From Eledone cirrhosa (taxonomy: Eukaryota), in the NCBI GenBank assembly GCA_964016885.1, contig OZ024743.1, forward strand, positions 117,924,001-117,988,000: 64,000 bases of DNA, read 5' to 3'. Shown in pieces: positions 41,487 through 54,910 of the stretch; within the stretch, counting starts at the first letter, position 1; each line of letters opens with the position of its first letter. Under the pieces are notes generated by a model. The model was not told the origin of the DNA. It ran no database searches and saw only the letters and a list, made by a program, of their open reading frames with translations. A program made the position numbers and the translations under genes.

Positions 41487-41488
<2 letters not shown>
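40532..41488. repeat. Long inverted repeat (~213 bp arms 40532-40744 / 41276-41488), (TA)n on the right
   Basis: Arms read as essentially perfect reverse complements; ~530 bp AT-rich spacer. Confidence 0.9.
41150..41237. mobile_element. 88-bp hAT-like mini-transposon
   Basis: TIRs CAGGGCTGCGGAG / CTCCGCAGCTCTG; 8-bp TSD gtattata/ttattata. Confidence 0.65.
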
Positions 41489-41830
<342 letters not shown>

Positions 41831-41900
41831 TGTATATATATTTAAATATTCATATATATATATATATTTATATATATACTTATGTATATACATTGTATAC

Positions 41901-42082
41901 ATTGGCAGTATCGGTAGAGGGTCGGACGCCATGCTTTGAAACATAGAGTTACCTCCCTGTATGATCTGAGTTCAAATCCCGCCGAGTTTAACTTTGCCTT
42001 TTATCCTTACGGGGTCGATGAAATAAAGTACCAGTAATGAACAGTTTTATTGCTGGCCTTGTGCCAAAAGTAGAAACAATTA
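41901..42082 (+). mobile_element. tRNA-SINE, short variant
   Basis: Consensus match. Confidence 0.87.
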
Positions 42083-42140
42083 TATACATATATATATGTA
42101 CAATATTAATAAATGGAAACTATATTTATAAAACCATATT

Positions 42141-42205
42141 TATTTCATTATATATATTTCAAGGATACCAAGTTAAATCATGGTATGCCTTCATCAGACA
42201 AAATA
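42141..42205 (-). ncRNA. Candidate type I hammerhead (family B)
   Basis: Reverse complement of 42312-42376. Confidence 0.72.
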
Positions 42206-42311
42206 CAATATATAACAGTTTTACAAATAGATATTGACGTACCCTTTCAAAAAGGTGACCGTTGCTTTTGGAGGCCATCCGGATATCTATTTGTAAAACT
42301 GTTATATATTG

Positions 42312-42376
42312 TATTTTGTCTGATGAAGGCATACCATGATTTAACTTGGTATCCTTGAAATATATATAATGAAATA
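42312..42376 (+). ncRNA. Candidate type I hammerhead (family B)
   Basis: TATTTTGT-CTGATGA-AGGcATACCA..TGGTATcCTT-GAAA-TATATA-TA-ATGAAATA: 8-bp stem I (2 GU), long stem II, palindromic stem III, AUA site. Confidence 0.72.
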
Positions 42377-42525
42377 AATATGGTTTTATAAATATAGTTT
42401 CCATTTATTAATATTGTATATCTACTCCAAATATTTGTCGAGTGCTTTATATCAGTTATAATCGTATTTGCTTGTTGTATCCCAACAATTTAAATAGAAC
42501 TTTTGCTTATATATATGTATGTATT

Positions 42526-42560
<35 letters not shown>

Positions 42561-42658
42561 ATATATATTTTTTTTTATATATATATATATATACATATGT
42601 ATATCCATATATAATGTATGTATACATATTTAAATATATATTTATTTATATATATATT

Positions 42659-42689
<31 letters not shown>

Positions 42690-42701
42690 CTATACTATAT
42701 A

Positions 42702-42792
<91 letters not shown>

Positions 42793-43211
42793 TGATATAT
42801 ATATATAATACACATGAATTTTTATTAACGATTCTGCTTCACAAATTAGTACTTCCTTTCTCCATGAATGAGCACACGTGGCCATGCAAATGCGTTTCTC
42901 TATACGTAAGATCTGTATTTTGTATAGACATATGTTTGTATTTGTGTGTATGGGTTTATATGTGTGTGTATGGGTGTGTGTTTTTTAGGGGGAAATGCAA
43001 ATAAAAGCAACAGTAAGTGAATGTCTACTTAGGTTTTGTTTTGTATGTTGGTAATGTATATGCGGATGTGCGTCAGCTTGTGTACTTGTCACTGCATTTC
43101 TATGAGTATGTCCCGTATAATGAGTAATTGAGATACGTATAAATGTACTTGCTGTCGTTGTGCCTGCATATATACAATATGAATTATTTATTTACATATA
43201 TACATACACAT

Positions 43212-43280
<69 letters not shown>

Positions 43281-43389
43281 TAAATACGCTCAAGTATATA
43301 TAAATATATACATGTGTGTCTGCGTGTGTGTGTGTGTGTGAGGGCGCGTGTCTGTGTGTACGTGTATATATATATATATATATATAGAC

Positions 43390-43424
<35 letters not shown>

Positions 43425-43490
43425 TTTATTTACATATACATATATACATATTTATGTATATACATATAATATATGTGTGTGTGTGAGTGT

Positions 43491-43533
<43 letters not shown>

Positions 43534-45218
43534 TGTGTACATGTGTATATCTGTGCATTTGTGTTAACATATATACATGTATCGTTTGCATTATATGTAT
43601 GAATAAGTGTGTGTGTGGCTGTGTACAAGAAAATATATAGGAAATTAAGAAAATGTTAGGCAAATATAATTCACTTTCATGAAAACAGAAAATAATTTGA
43701 AATTAATACTTCGCGAATTACAATTTCCTTATTAGAGAAATACCAATTTAAATAAAATAATTTACTAATTAACCTCCTACCGGAATGCACTGTATATTCG
43801 ACAATGTGCATTCACACACACATACACACACACAAACGCACCCGTGCCTATGTGTGTAAATGTCTGCATTGAGGAGGCTTCTACGTCGTCATTTAAGTTG
43901 CTAGAAACATCACCGAAGAAACAAATAAAGTTTATGTTTCCATTTGTCTCTCCATTTACTATCTACCTATCTCGAAACATTGCACAATGGTATGGGAATT
44001 GTATTCACAACGGAGGAAGACAGATTATATTAACAATTCTGCCCAGCCAACGCCCATGTATTGGTAATTTATTTATTGATCCCGAAAATAAAGAAAATCC
44101 AAGCTAACATCGAACTTCGAGCCGATTACGGAAGAAATATCAAGGCATTTAACCGATGAAACACATGACTCGTCAATTGGCACCCGAGGTGTCCTGCACA
44201 TTTTATTAAATAGGATAATATCGGGCATCGTATATTATATCTGAAAACTGACTTGATATTCTCTACTGAAATTCTTTTGTGCATCGGTTTGCTCAATCAT
44301 AAATGATCACGAATTAAACAGCAACATCACATATTCACGGGCACGCACACGCACATACTTACACATGTTTGCGCACAAAATCGCGTACGCGCATATATAT
44401 GCACATTGGCACTGTCGTAAGTACAAGCCAGTAATGTGATGGAGGAGAATATAGGCAATTAAATCGACGCTAGTACTTGACTGGTACTGTATTTAATCGA
44501 TCTCGAACTGATGAAACGTAAGTTGACGTCCTTGGGGATGATCTCGCAATTTAAAGGCAGGCTCATTTGTAATAAAAATATGAAATGAAAATCCCCCATC
44601 TCCTTAAGATACTTATGAACTCAGGTCAAATTATCTTTACAAGTTAAGCGAGGATTGAAAGGCAGTCTGTTATTTTTACGTCGATCTCGATACCACCGAT
44701 TTGCAGCAACCTAAATATCGATGGGATTTCAGTCAGTTACAGATTTTGAAGTTAGAATGCAAAAAATGCCGATCAAATACTGCAAACCATATACAACACT
44801 CTAAACCAATCCTGCGGCGCAGCGTCCTAGACTTTAACTTTATTTATACACCTCGTAAAAGGCAAAATTGATCGCAGTGATGTTTGAACTCAGCGATCGG
44901 AACAAATATAACAAATTATTCTCTCGCGCCCGAATACGCACATGAAAATGTATTCATTTCTTTATATCCATGCATTAGTACAATACATTGAATATTTTTA
45001 CATAACTTTCTGGGCGAGTCCTAGTGGCGTCACAGAGAGGGATGTCAAGTAACCTGAAGTGTGGTAATAGTCATACCATTCATGTAATCGTCAACTGTAG
45101 GTTAATTTCAATAGCTGCGACAGTGCGCTTCGAACTTGCGTTACAGATACGGTTTTCCGAGCCTTAAGAATACTTGGTTACGTTAAATTACTCACTGTGT
45201 TAATACCCCCCCCCCCCC

Positions 45219-45295
<77 letters not shown>

Positions 45296-46823
45296 GATGA
45301 TAATGTTTGCAAATTGTGCTTATTTCAATCTGATACTTATTTCGTCGACCTCCAGCATATAATTGAGTTAACGTTTGCGTGAACGGAAGCAACTCAACGC
45401 ACCGCTACACAATAGGACACAGAAACAGATATGCACATACGTATAACCTAATGCATAATTAGATATGTGATAAGCTTCTGTATCGTTACCGTCTACCAAA
45501 TTTCACTCAGAAAATATCGCTTGACTCGAGAGTACAGTACAAGTCAATTGCTCGTGGTGACGTACAACGGGATTGATCCTTGAATCAAGTTTTCCTAAAA
45601 TGAATTTCTAAAGCACACGTTTATCCCTGCGTCTATATCTATGTATATAGTAGTCGCTTCAGACGATAGAAATCAGCACTCAAAATATCAGGTGGAAATT
45701 CAGTATTTATATCAAAAGTTTGAACTAACTCCGGGCTACCATTAGTTTCAAGATAAAAACACGTCGAAATTAGCACGTCTATTTTGAAAAAAGTAAAACA
45801 ATATGAAGATGGAGTTTGGTATTAGGCTCCATTGGGTGGTCCAGGTCCTGTATTGGTGTTGATAATTAATAGATGGTGCGAGGAAATTTACGTGTCTATG
45901 CCACCATTAATATCCCTAGAAACTAGCAATATGGTGAGTATGATCTCGTTAGCATCCTTGTGGGTCAATGAATCTGTTATGTCTTCTCTGCGTCACAGAT
46001 GATATTGCAAAATTGGCAACAGGTACAATACCCCTTTTACTTGTTACCAATTTTGCAATATCTGTGACATATTTTGTTAATTTGCCTATTAACCGTGACA
46101 CGTCTCCTCTCCTATTACGTGACTGCTTCATTCTTTCGTCGTGGTGTCTTCCAGATCATCTAGTTGTGGCAGTTAAACCAGCCAAAATGTTCCTCTCGGC
46201 GAGTCATTGCTATGTCTTCGTCTTCAGGTTTAACTGACCCCGAATTAAACGTCGTACAGATAATACTATACACAATAGTTTTGTCTTGTTTTCGCTTTAA
46301 TACTCCGAGGATTATTTTTGGCTACTTTGTCAGACAATGTGAGCCAGGATTGACCAGCAGTACCGTTGGTAAGGACGAAACTGTACGTCGATTTTGACAG
46401 CCCATGACCACGGAGTTACGTGCCAGTTGCCATTACTGAAAAATGTATATATATGTATGTATGTGTGTGTGCATGTATGTGTGTGTGGGTGGGTGTGTGT
46501 GGTATTGATTTTAGTGGTGATGATTTCCGGAGGGTAGTGATGCTAGTGAAGAAAGCATTGTTCAGAAACTGCAGATTCCATAATGGAATGGATGTTAGAT
46601 TTGTTTGGCATTGTAGATACTGATCATGTCGTTTCGCTCAGGTCAACAATTATAGAGTATGCATATAATAAAAAAGCATTCCAGCTGTGACCATCCCTCC
46701 CGTTATTTCAAATACACCATACCTACATTTTTAATTATGTAACCTACGATTTTGTCGAGATATGATTGCTATTCCCAGCAGGTCGAATGAGACGTGAAGC
46801 CTTCTTCACCAACTTGTAATAAT

Positions 46824-47004
46824 TGTTTCTACTTTTGGCACAAGGCCAGCAATTACGCAGTACATTACTGGTACTTTATTTTATCGACCCCGTAAGGATG
46901 AAAGGCAAAATTAACCTCGATGGGATTTGAACTCAGATCGTAAAGGGACGTAACTACGCTGGAAAGCATGTCCGACCCTCTACCGATACTGCCAATTCAC
47001 CGCA
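46824..47004 (-). mobile_element. tRNA-SINE (short variant) with ~19-bp TSD
   Basis: TSD ttcaccaact(t/g)gtaataat at 46805-46823 and 47007-47025. Confidence 0.9.
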
Positions 47005-47225
47005 CTTTCACCAACTGGTAATAATAGTATTATTATTGTAGACAAATGAGCGCATTTTGGAAGCTCTGACGAGTTGCAAATTTCATGGAAAATTTAGGAA
47101 ACTCAGACGCAGAAAATATCTGTAAATACAGTGGGTTCTTATGAGTAATAGTAAATCGGGTGAAATATTCTTATGGACACTTCGAAAGTTCGATACATTC
47201 CATAAAATATTATTTACCTTCAAAA

Positions 47226-47410
47226 GGGCGGTGGATTGGCAGTATCAGTAGAGGGTCGGAGACATGCTTTCCAGCATAGTTACGTCCTTTTACGATCTGA
47301 GTTCAAATCTCGCCGAGGTTGACTTTGCCTTTCATCCTTACGGGGTCGATAAAATAAAGTACCAGTAATGCACTGGGTAATTGCTGGCCTTGTGCCTAAA
47401 AGTAGAAACA
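47226..47410 (+). mobile_element. tRNA-SINE (short variant) with 17-bp TSD
   Basis: TSD attatttac(c/a)ttcaaaa at 47209-47225 and 47411-47427. Confidence 0.92.
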
Positions 47411-47526
47411 ATTATTTACATTCAAAATTAGTGGCTGCTAGGTGTAGTGTTGGTGATTGTGGTATTGGTGGTGAGGTGGTGGGGTTAGTGGTGGTAGTGG
47501 TGGTGGTAGTGGTGGTGGTGGTGGTG

Positions 47527-47558
<32 letters not shown>

Positions 47559-47640
47559 TATTGTGGTTGTTGGTGTTGTTGATGTTCTTGTTGTTTAGAC
47601 CCCATGGCATTCCTCTTTAAGCATACCCATTTTCAAAATA

Positions 47641-48017
47641 CTAGATTGAGGAAAAAGTTCGTACGCCGTGTTAAAATAATGATTTGTTCAATGCAAGAAT
47701 TTATTCAAAAACAGCAACAACTATTCTTCAAAATAAAGACCATCATTATCCACGACCTTCTGCCAACACCTGCAAGCTTTCGGATTTGGTCAAGGTACCA
47801 TTCCTTCGGCTTTGAATCGAACAATTCTTGACAGGCTTCTACAACTTCATCGAATGACTCAAATCGGCGACCATTCATAAAGTGCTGCATTGATCGAAAG
47901 AGAGCGTAGTCAGATGGAGCAAGGTCTGGACTATAGGCTGGATGCGGCAGAACTTCCACACCGTCCAATTCTTCCACACCGTCCAAACACGGCGCACGAA
48001 CTTTTTCCTCAACCTAA
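47641..48017 (-). mobile_element. Internally deleted mariner transposon
   Basis: ~32-bp TIRs (ctagattgaggaaaaagttcgtacgccgtgtt / aacacggcgcacgaactttttcctcaacctaa), TA flanks, transposase C-terminus EVLPHPAYSPDLAPSDYALFRSM. Confidence 0.9.
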
Positions 48018-48589
48018 TATTTACTACCGAGTCCAACCAGAATTTTTGGAGAATTATATTATCAAATGTGTTCTTTTCTTCTTTAAGGATATTGAGAATT
48101 CAGGGAATTGTATCTAGTGGTTATGTAGAATATATTTTTGGCTCGTAAATTGCTGTTATTGTTGTTGTTGATAATGATTAGCTCAGTCCGTATAAATCCG
48201 TGGTAATTCAGTATTTTCCCGATATGTAGGCAATTACACAGTGTGTTCACTTCTAAGAATGTATTGTGTCTTTTGAGTATAAATTTAGCTTCTATTTCGA
48301 GCAGAATATACAATCAGATAAAGGCACCCACGTAAACTCGTAAACTGGTAAACTGTAAGTAATGGTGAAATTCAACGTTGATAGTGGTGAATAATGATGC
48401 GCTGTGGTGTTGTTTTGAGTAATATTTAGTTGTATTTGTAACAACAGAGAATGTAGACACAGATCAATGAAATAACAACAAAGTAACTGAAGGTACCGCG
48501 TGAGAAGAAAAGGCAAATCATGTAGAATCACAATTGTAAGCAAACAAAAAACGTAACGAGACAACAGAAAATACCATGATTTAAACAAT

Positions 48590-48670
48590 ACACACCACGA
48601 TCACCACCACCACCACCACCACCACCACCACTACTACTACTACCACTACCACCAGTGCTGCTGCTGCTAC

Positions 48671-48704
<34 letters not shown>

Positions 48705-48812
48705 GCTGCTGTTGTTGCAGTTGTTGCTACTACTACTACCACCACCACAACCACTACTGCCACTACTACTTCTACCACCACCACCACCACCACCACCACT
48801 ACTACTACTACG

Positions 48813-48899
<87 letters not shown>

Positions 48900-49015
48900 T
48901 CTGTTGTTGCAGTTGCTGCTACTACTATCACCACCACGACCACCACTACTGATACTACTACTACCACCATCACCACCACTACTCTACTACTACTACTACT
49001 ACTACTACTACTATA
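48590..49015. repeat. Compound (CTA)n/(CCA)n/(CTG)n microsatellite
   Basis: Direct inspection. Confidence 0.95.
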
Positions 49016-49201
49016 AAGAATATCAATTTTGAATGTCTCATGTTGACGTAGTTTGGTAGTGGTTAACCTCAATGTACAATTGACTATTTAACCTCGCCAT
49101 CAGTTACTCAATGACTACCCATATGTAGAATCGAATATATGTACTAACGTTCTTTAGAGATATGTGAGCATGTGAATATGTATACAATCTATATACGCAT
49201 G

Positions 49202-49249
<48 letters not shown>

Positions 49250-49334
49250 CGCGCGCGTACGTGCGTGTGTGTCTATACATATATATATATATGTGTGTGT
49301 GTCTGTGCGCGCGTGCGCGTGTGTGTGTCTATAC

Positions 49335-49376
<42 letters not shown>

Positions 49377-49379
49377 CTG

Positions 49380-49414
<35 letters not shown>

Positions 49415-49608
49415 TCTTATTCTTAGACATATGTACCTAGTTGTGTATGCAAACATGTTTGAATATGAGTGCATATAATTATTATTCTATTATTCAAGAT
49501 TGACTGAGGATTAGTAAAAGCGCATATGTAAATATACCCATACAAATATATATGTATATATATATATATACACATATATACGTTTGTGTCTGTATATGTG
49601 TATGTATC

Positions 49609-49703
<95 letters not shown>

Positions 49704-50740
49704 ATTTGTATGTGTATCTGGATCTGCGTCTAATGTGTGCGCATGTGGCACATAATTATACGTGTGCGAGTGTCAATTAGTGGTGCAGTTTGGGAGCTTA
49801 ATACTTCATCATGGTTTACGAAAGACTAATACACCAAGAGATTTTCAACGGTTGGAGGTGATTGCGTCTACATATGTGTATTTGTAAGTGTGTTTATAAA
49901 GACAAGAGGTTGTTTGCTGAATAGGATTGCGACATTATTATGAGACGCTTGTTCCAGGAACCAACAGACCACAACAAGACTAAGGAGCACAACAATGGCA
50001 GCACCACAACATAAAATATGAAAATATAGAAAACTGAAATTTCGAGTCCAGAATAAATAAATAGATGAATAAGTGCATAAAGGAATAATAAAATGAACAA
50101 ATCAAAAGAATAAAATAAATTATATGAAATTATATGAATGATTATAATAAGCGAAATTGAAACATTCAGTAGAGTAAGAAATATATGCACTCACATATAT
50201 ACACACAGATATACACATATATAAACACTCTACGAATAACATAATATATATTTATACACATTTGTACATGCACGCACATTCAAACCCGCGCAATCACACA
50301 CAGACACTGAAACCCACACACACATGTATACACGTACACACGTACACACACGTATACACACGTACACACACGTGTACACACCCAACAACGCACATATATT
50401 TGGGTCTGGGATGTGATTTCATTTTTTTCTGTTTCTAGATTATATTTAAATGGTTAAGTGAACTAAAACAAGTGTAACACGCAGTACAGTACAGTTTGCG
50501 GTCATTTATAAACAATAAACGTCAACTGAATACTAAATACAAGAGCGATAATGAGGGCTTAACTAAAGAGTTGGGAAGTCCTTAAGAAAGGTTATACGGA
50601 CAATTGCTATTCGAATAATAGTACTTCGTTAAGAGGCGCATTTTACGCCAATCTTGCAAACACAATAGTCATGTTAATTGGTTTTCGGTTTATATATAAA
50701 TATATACACAAACACATATACACACATACACACACACACA

Positions 50741-50789
<49 letters not shown>

Positions 50790-51432
50790 GTGTGTATATG
50801 TGTTTGTGTGTGTATATGTGCGTGCGTTTGTATGTATATATATATATATATGCATGTATATATCTACATATGTGAGCATATATATATATATATATATAAA
50901 CGGAAAAAATGAAACGAAATATATATATATATATATATATATATATGGTACTGGTAAATATGCTGAGTTCGTCAACTCCTTATTATATATATATATATGT
51001 AGTATATATGTGCGTGTGGGTGTGTGTGTGTGTGTGTGCATGTATGTATGGAAGCCCATATATGTAAACATTTATACATGAATGTGCTCGTGGTGTAAGT
51101 ATGTGTTTGCGTGTTTGTGAGTATGTATGTGTGTTGTGTGTCTCTCTGTCTCTCTCCCTCCCTCTCTATCTCTCTCTATCTCTCTATCTCTGTGTGTGTG
51201 TTGGTGTGTCTGTGGTGAAGCAGACAGTTTGATGGAAATATTTACATGAATACAATCCAGAGGAAAGTCGACAAGCCAACAGTTTATATATGATGGCGCT
51301 AAGCGATGACAGTCGTAATTGTCGAGATGATTAAGTTCGCTCAGATGTATAGTCAGCATACTCTCATACCAAACACCCTACACACACGCACATACACGTA
51401 CATACACACACACACACACATATATATATATG

Positions 51433-51465
<33 letters not shown>

Positions 51466-51466
<1 letters not shown>

Positions 51467-51602
51467 GTTATTCCGGGTTGAATCGGAGGTAACCACAGTA
51501 AGTAAGGTACTCAATACATAGCAGAGTATAAAAGTTTTAATATAGATGAGATTCTACAGGACTAGAACTGTTTCATTCATTAGAAATCATCAGGAATCGC
51601 TC
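51466..51602 (-). mobile_element. Hammerhead family A insertion in (TA)n
   Basis: Homologous to 41533-41668; (TA)n on both sides. Confidence 0.8.
51548..51600 (-). ncRNA. Candidate type I hammerhead (family A)
   Basis: gcGATTC-CTGATGA-tTTCtaatGAAt-GAAA-CAG-ttctagtc-CTG-TA-GAATCtc. Confidence 0.68.
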
Positions 51603-51716
51603 TATATATATATATATATATATATATAGTAATAATAATAAATTTGAAGACTAAAATCCAAAGAGGGCTCGATAAGGATAAATATATATCAAATATATAA
51701 GGACCGTAGAGCAAAT

Positions 51717-51853
51717 ATTTATTAAAGTAACAGATTAAAGTTTAAGCAAAGAATCGCTGCTTTCACCCTTAAGGGGATCTTCTGAAACTGAAGATCCCGT
51801 TAAGGGTGAAAGAACCGATTCTTTACTTAAACTTTAATCTGTTATTTTAATAA

Positions 51854-51855
<2 letters not shown>
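51717..51855. repeat. Fold-back element with hammerhead-like core at its centre, followed by (TA)n
   Basis: ~68 bp arms; centre gaaa-CTGAAGA-tCCCgttaaGGGt-GAAA-gaaccgattc-ttt. Confidence 0.8.
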
Positions 51856-51913
<58 letters not shown>

Positions 51914-51952
51914 GATATTAACAAATGGAAACTATATTTATAAAACCATATT

Positions 51953-52017
51953 TATTTCATTATACATATTTCAAGGATACCAAGTTAAATTATGGTATGC
52001 CTTCATCAGACAAAATA
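51953..52017 (-). ncRNA. Candidate type I hammerhead (family B)
   Basis: Reverse complement of 52691-52755. Confidence 0.7.
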
Positions 52018-52113
52018 CAATATATATCAGTTTTATAAATAAACATTGACGTACCCTTTCAAAATGCAACCGTTTCTTTTGGAAGACATCAGGATATGAA
52101 ATATCCTGATATG

Positions 52114-52149
<36 letters not shown>

Positions 52150-52561
52150 TTATCCGTAGTGTTGTAATATGAATATTATACACAGTAGATGGACAGCTCA
52201 CGTAGGGTTTGCTCGACGGTTCCAGTTGTAGTTTCAATAGTAATCCGGAGAAAATAGAAGGATTTAAATGGATACAGTTCAGTAAAAGGAATTTATTGAC
52301 ACGTGTTTCAATAACAGTTATATAACCTGAAATATTGAGTGTCTGCATAGTTAAAACTTTGTAGATAGCAGCTGTTTTCAGGTTATATAACTGTTATTGA
52401 AACACGTGTCAATAAATTCCTTTTACTGAACTGTATCCATTTAAATCCTTCTATTTTCTCCGGATTACTTTTGAAACTACAACTGGAACCGTCGAGCAAA
52501 CCCTACGTGAGCTGTCCATCTACTGTGTATAATATTTATGTTACAACACTACGGATAATAC

Positions 52562-52592
<31 letters not shown>

Positions 52593-52690
52593 TTCATATC
52601 AGGATATTCCATATCCTGATGTCTTCCAAAAGAAACGGTTGCATTTTGAAAGGGTACGTCAATGTTTATTTATAAAACTGGTATATATTG

Positions 52691-52755
52691 TATTTTGTCT
52701 GATGAAGGCATACCATAATTTAACTTGGTATCCTTGAAATATGTATAATGAAATA
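52691..52755 (+). ncRNA. Candidate type I hammerhead (family B)
   Basis: TATTTTGT-CTGATGA-AGGCATACCA..TGGTATCCTT-GAAA-TATGTA-TA-ATGAAATA. Confidence 0.7.
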
Positions 52756-52873
52756 AATATGGTTTTATAAATATAGTTTCCATTTGTTAATATCGTATAT
52801 ATATACCGTATATATATATATATTTATATATATATATTTGTATTTATATATATAGGAAAAGAGTCAGGACCCC

Positions 52874-52954
52874 GACGACTGAGCTCCGGCCGTTTCGACA
52901 GCTAGATCCGAACAGTTCGGATCTAGCTGTCGAAACGGCCGGAGCTCAGCCGTC
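52874..52954. repeat. GC-rich hairpin (40 bp arms) heading a (TA)n-associated repeat
   Basis: 1-nt centre at 52914; contains GAAACGGCCG; downstream 52970-53045 resembles 56862-57030. Confidence 0.85.
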
Positions 52955-53059
52955 ATGGTCTTGCCTCCTCCTATTATCCACTCTACTACCCTAAGGATCG
53001 AGTACGTTAAGGTCCACCTGGTATCTTGCCACAACACCTTCTCTATTACATACATAAAT

Positions 53060-53144
<85 letters not shown>

Positions 53145-53530
53145 GTGTATGTGATTCAGTGAATTATTGGTGTTAGTACAAAATGACCACTCGGTGCACA
53201 AGCCGAATCGATGTAACTAGTACAGAGACAACAGCAAGCCGGATTCCAAATATTATTTTAATAGTGCAAACTCACAATACGTATTTCTATGGTCTGCTTA
53301 CATCTTCCAATCATTACGTAAGAATTTTGGGGCGTCATCAGGTGTAAATCGTAAAGAATCAATTACAGGATTACGTCGAAAATGGGCAAAATATTGAACT
53401 CGAATATAGGTCGACACCATTATACCATCGATATTTTTCTCATATCTCTCGGCTTACATACGATATATATATTTATATACCGTGTATACCGTATATGTTC
53501 GTATGTATATATATATATATATATATAGTT

Positions 53531-53626
<96 letters not shown>

Positions 53627-54454
53627 ACCGAGGGTTTAAATCCGTAGTAAGTGGAGCAATCACTCCAAAGGACTTGCCTTCTCCCTATATACATAGAGAG
53701 AGAATGAAACAAACAGCAAGAGAGAGGGAGTGAAAGAGAGACGAGGAGGGAGATGGGAGGGAATTGTGAAGAGAGAGACATCCAGTGAGATGGTAAATAG
53801 AAATTTCAGTGTACTAACATAAACAAAGGAAATGCAGAGAGAGAGAGTGAGAGAGTGAGAGAGAGAGAGAGAGACAGGCTCTCAGACAGACAGACAGAGA
53901 ACAGAGATAGACAAAGAGACAGACAGATTGACAAACTGAGATGTAGTGTGAGAAGAGAAAAGGAGAGTGGTAAACATACAAACATCCAGTATGAATAAGG
54001 CCAATTGTAATTATAATCTTGCTTTGTTTAACTAATTGCCTTCATTATACTCATAGCATTGACCACTATAAACCCCATCTTCCATCTCCTCCTTCTCCAT
54101 TCTCTCCCATCTTTACTTGTTTTTATTTATTTTTTCTTTTATTTCTATTCTTGTATTTTTGTTAATTTTGTTATTCTCTGCCACAAACATGGTAATTTGT
54201 TAATTTCTCTACTTAAGTGCTGATAATTTCGCTGAAGTGGGATCAAATCTCCCTCGAACCCACTTGTGAAAAAAGCCCTTTTCAAGTTTCTTTTACAATG
54301 TATTCTAATTATGATTTCGGGATCGATGATCTTCCGAGAAGTGGTTCTTGTATTTATTGTTTTTGTCGTTGTGATTGTCATTATAGTTGAAGTTGTTATT
54401 TAAATAATAGCTTTCAACCGAAACACTTATCATCGTGATCATCATAAATTATCG

Positions 54455-54910
54455 GGCGGAGAAGTGATGGTATTGGTAAAGCGTCGATCAACATACTACA
54501 ATGCATAGAGTTACGGCCCTTTACGTCATGTGTTCAAATCCCGCCGAGGTTAGTTTTGCCTTTCATTCTTACGGGCTCGATAAAACAAAGCACCAATAAC
54601 GCACTAGGATCGATTTAATAGACTTTCCCCTCTCACCAAACTGCTGGCCTTGTGCCTAAAGTAGAAACATTTATTGTTATTAGGGTTATTTTTGAAGGGG
54701 GTGGATTGGCAGTATCTGTAGAACGTCTGACATCATGCTTCGCGGCATAGAGTTACATCCCTTTACCTTCTGAGTTCAAATCCTGCAGAGGTTAGCTCTG
54801 CCTTTCATCCTTACGGAGTCGATAAAAAAAAGGCACCAGGAACGTACTGGGTCGATTTAATCGACTTTCCCTCCCCAAAATTACTGTCCTTGTGTCTATA
54901 CTAGAAATTA
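54455..54910 (+). mobile_element. Tandem pair of tRNA-SINEs, long variant
   Basis: Consensus matches at 54455-54672 and 54696-54910. Confidence 0.85.

Larger units (their letters stand above)
42099..42418. repeat. Fold-back element family B (136 bp arms), one hammerhead per arm
   Basis: 42099-42234 is inverted at 42283-42418; homologous to 51911-52797. Confidence 0.92.
51911..52797. repeat. ~890 bp composite palindrome (~422 bp arms, 43 nt spacer) in (TA)n
   Basis: 51911-52332 is inverted at 52376-52797; each arm = family B + internal (TA)n + inner segment. Confidence 0.93.
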
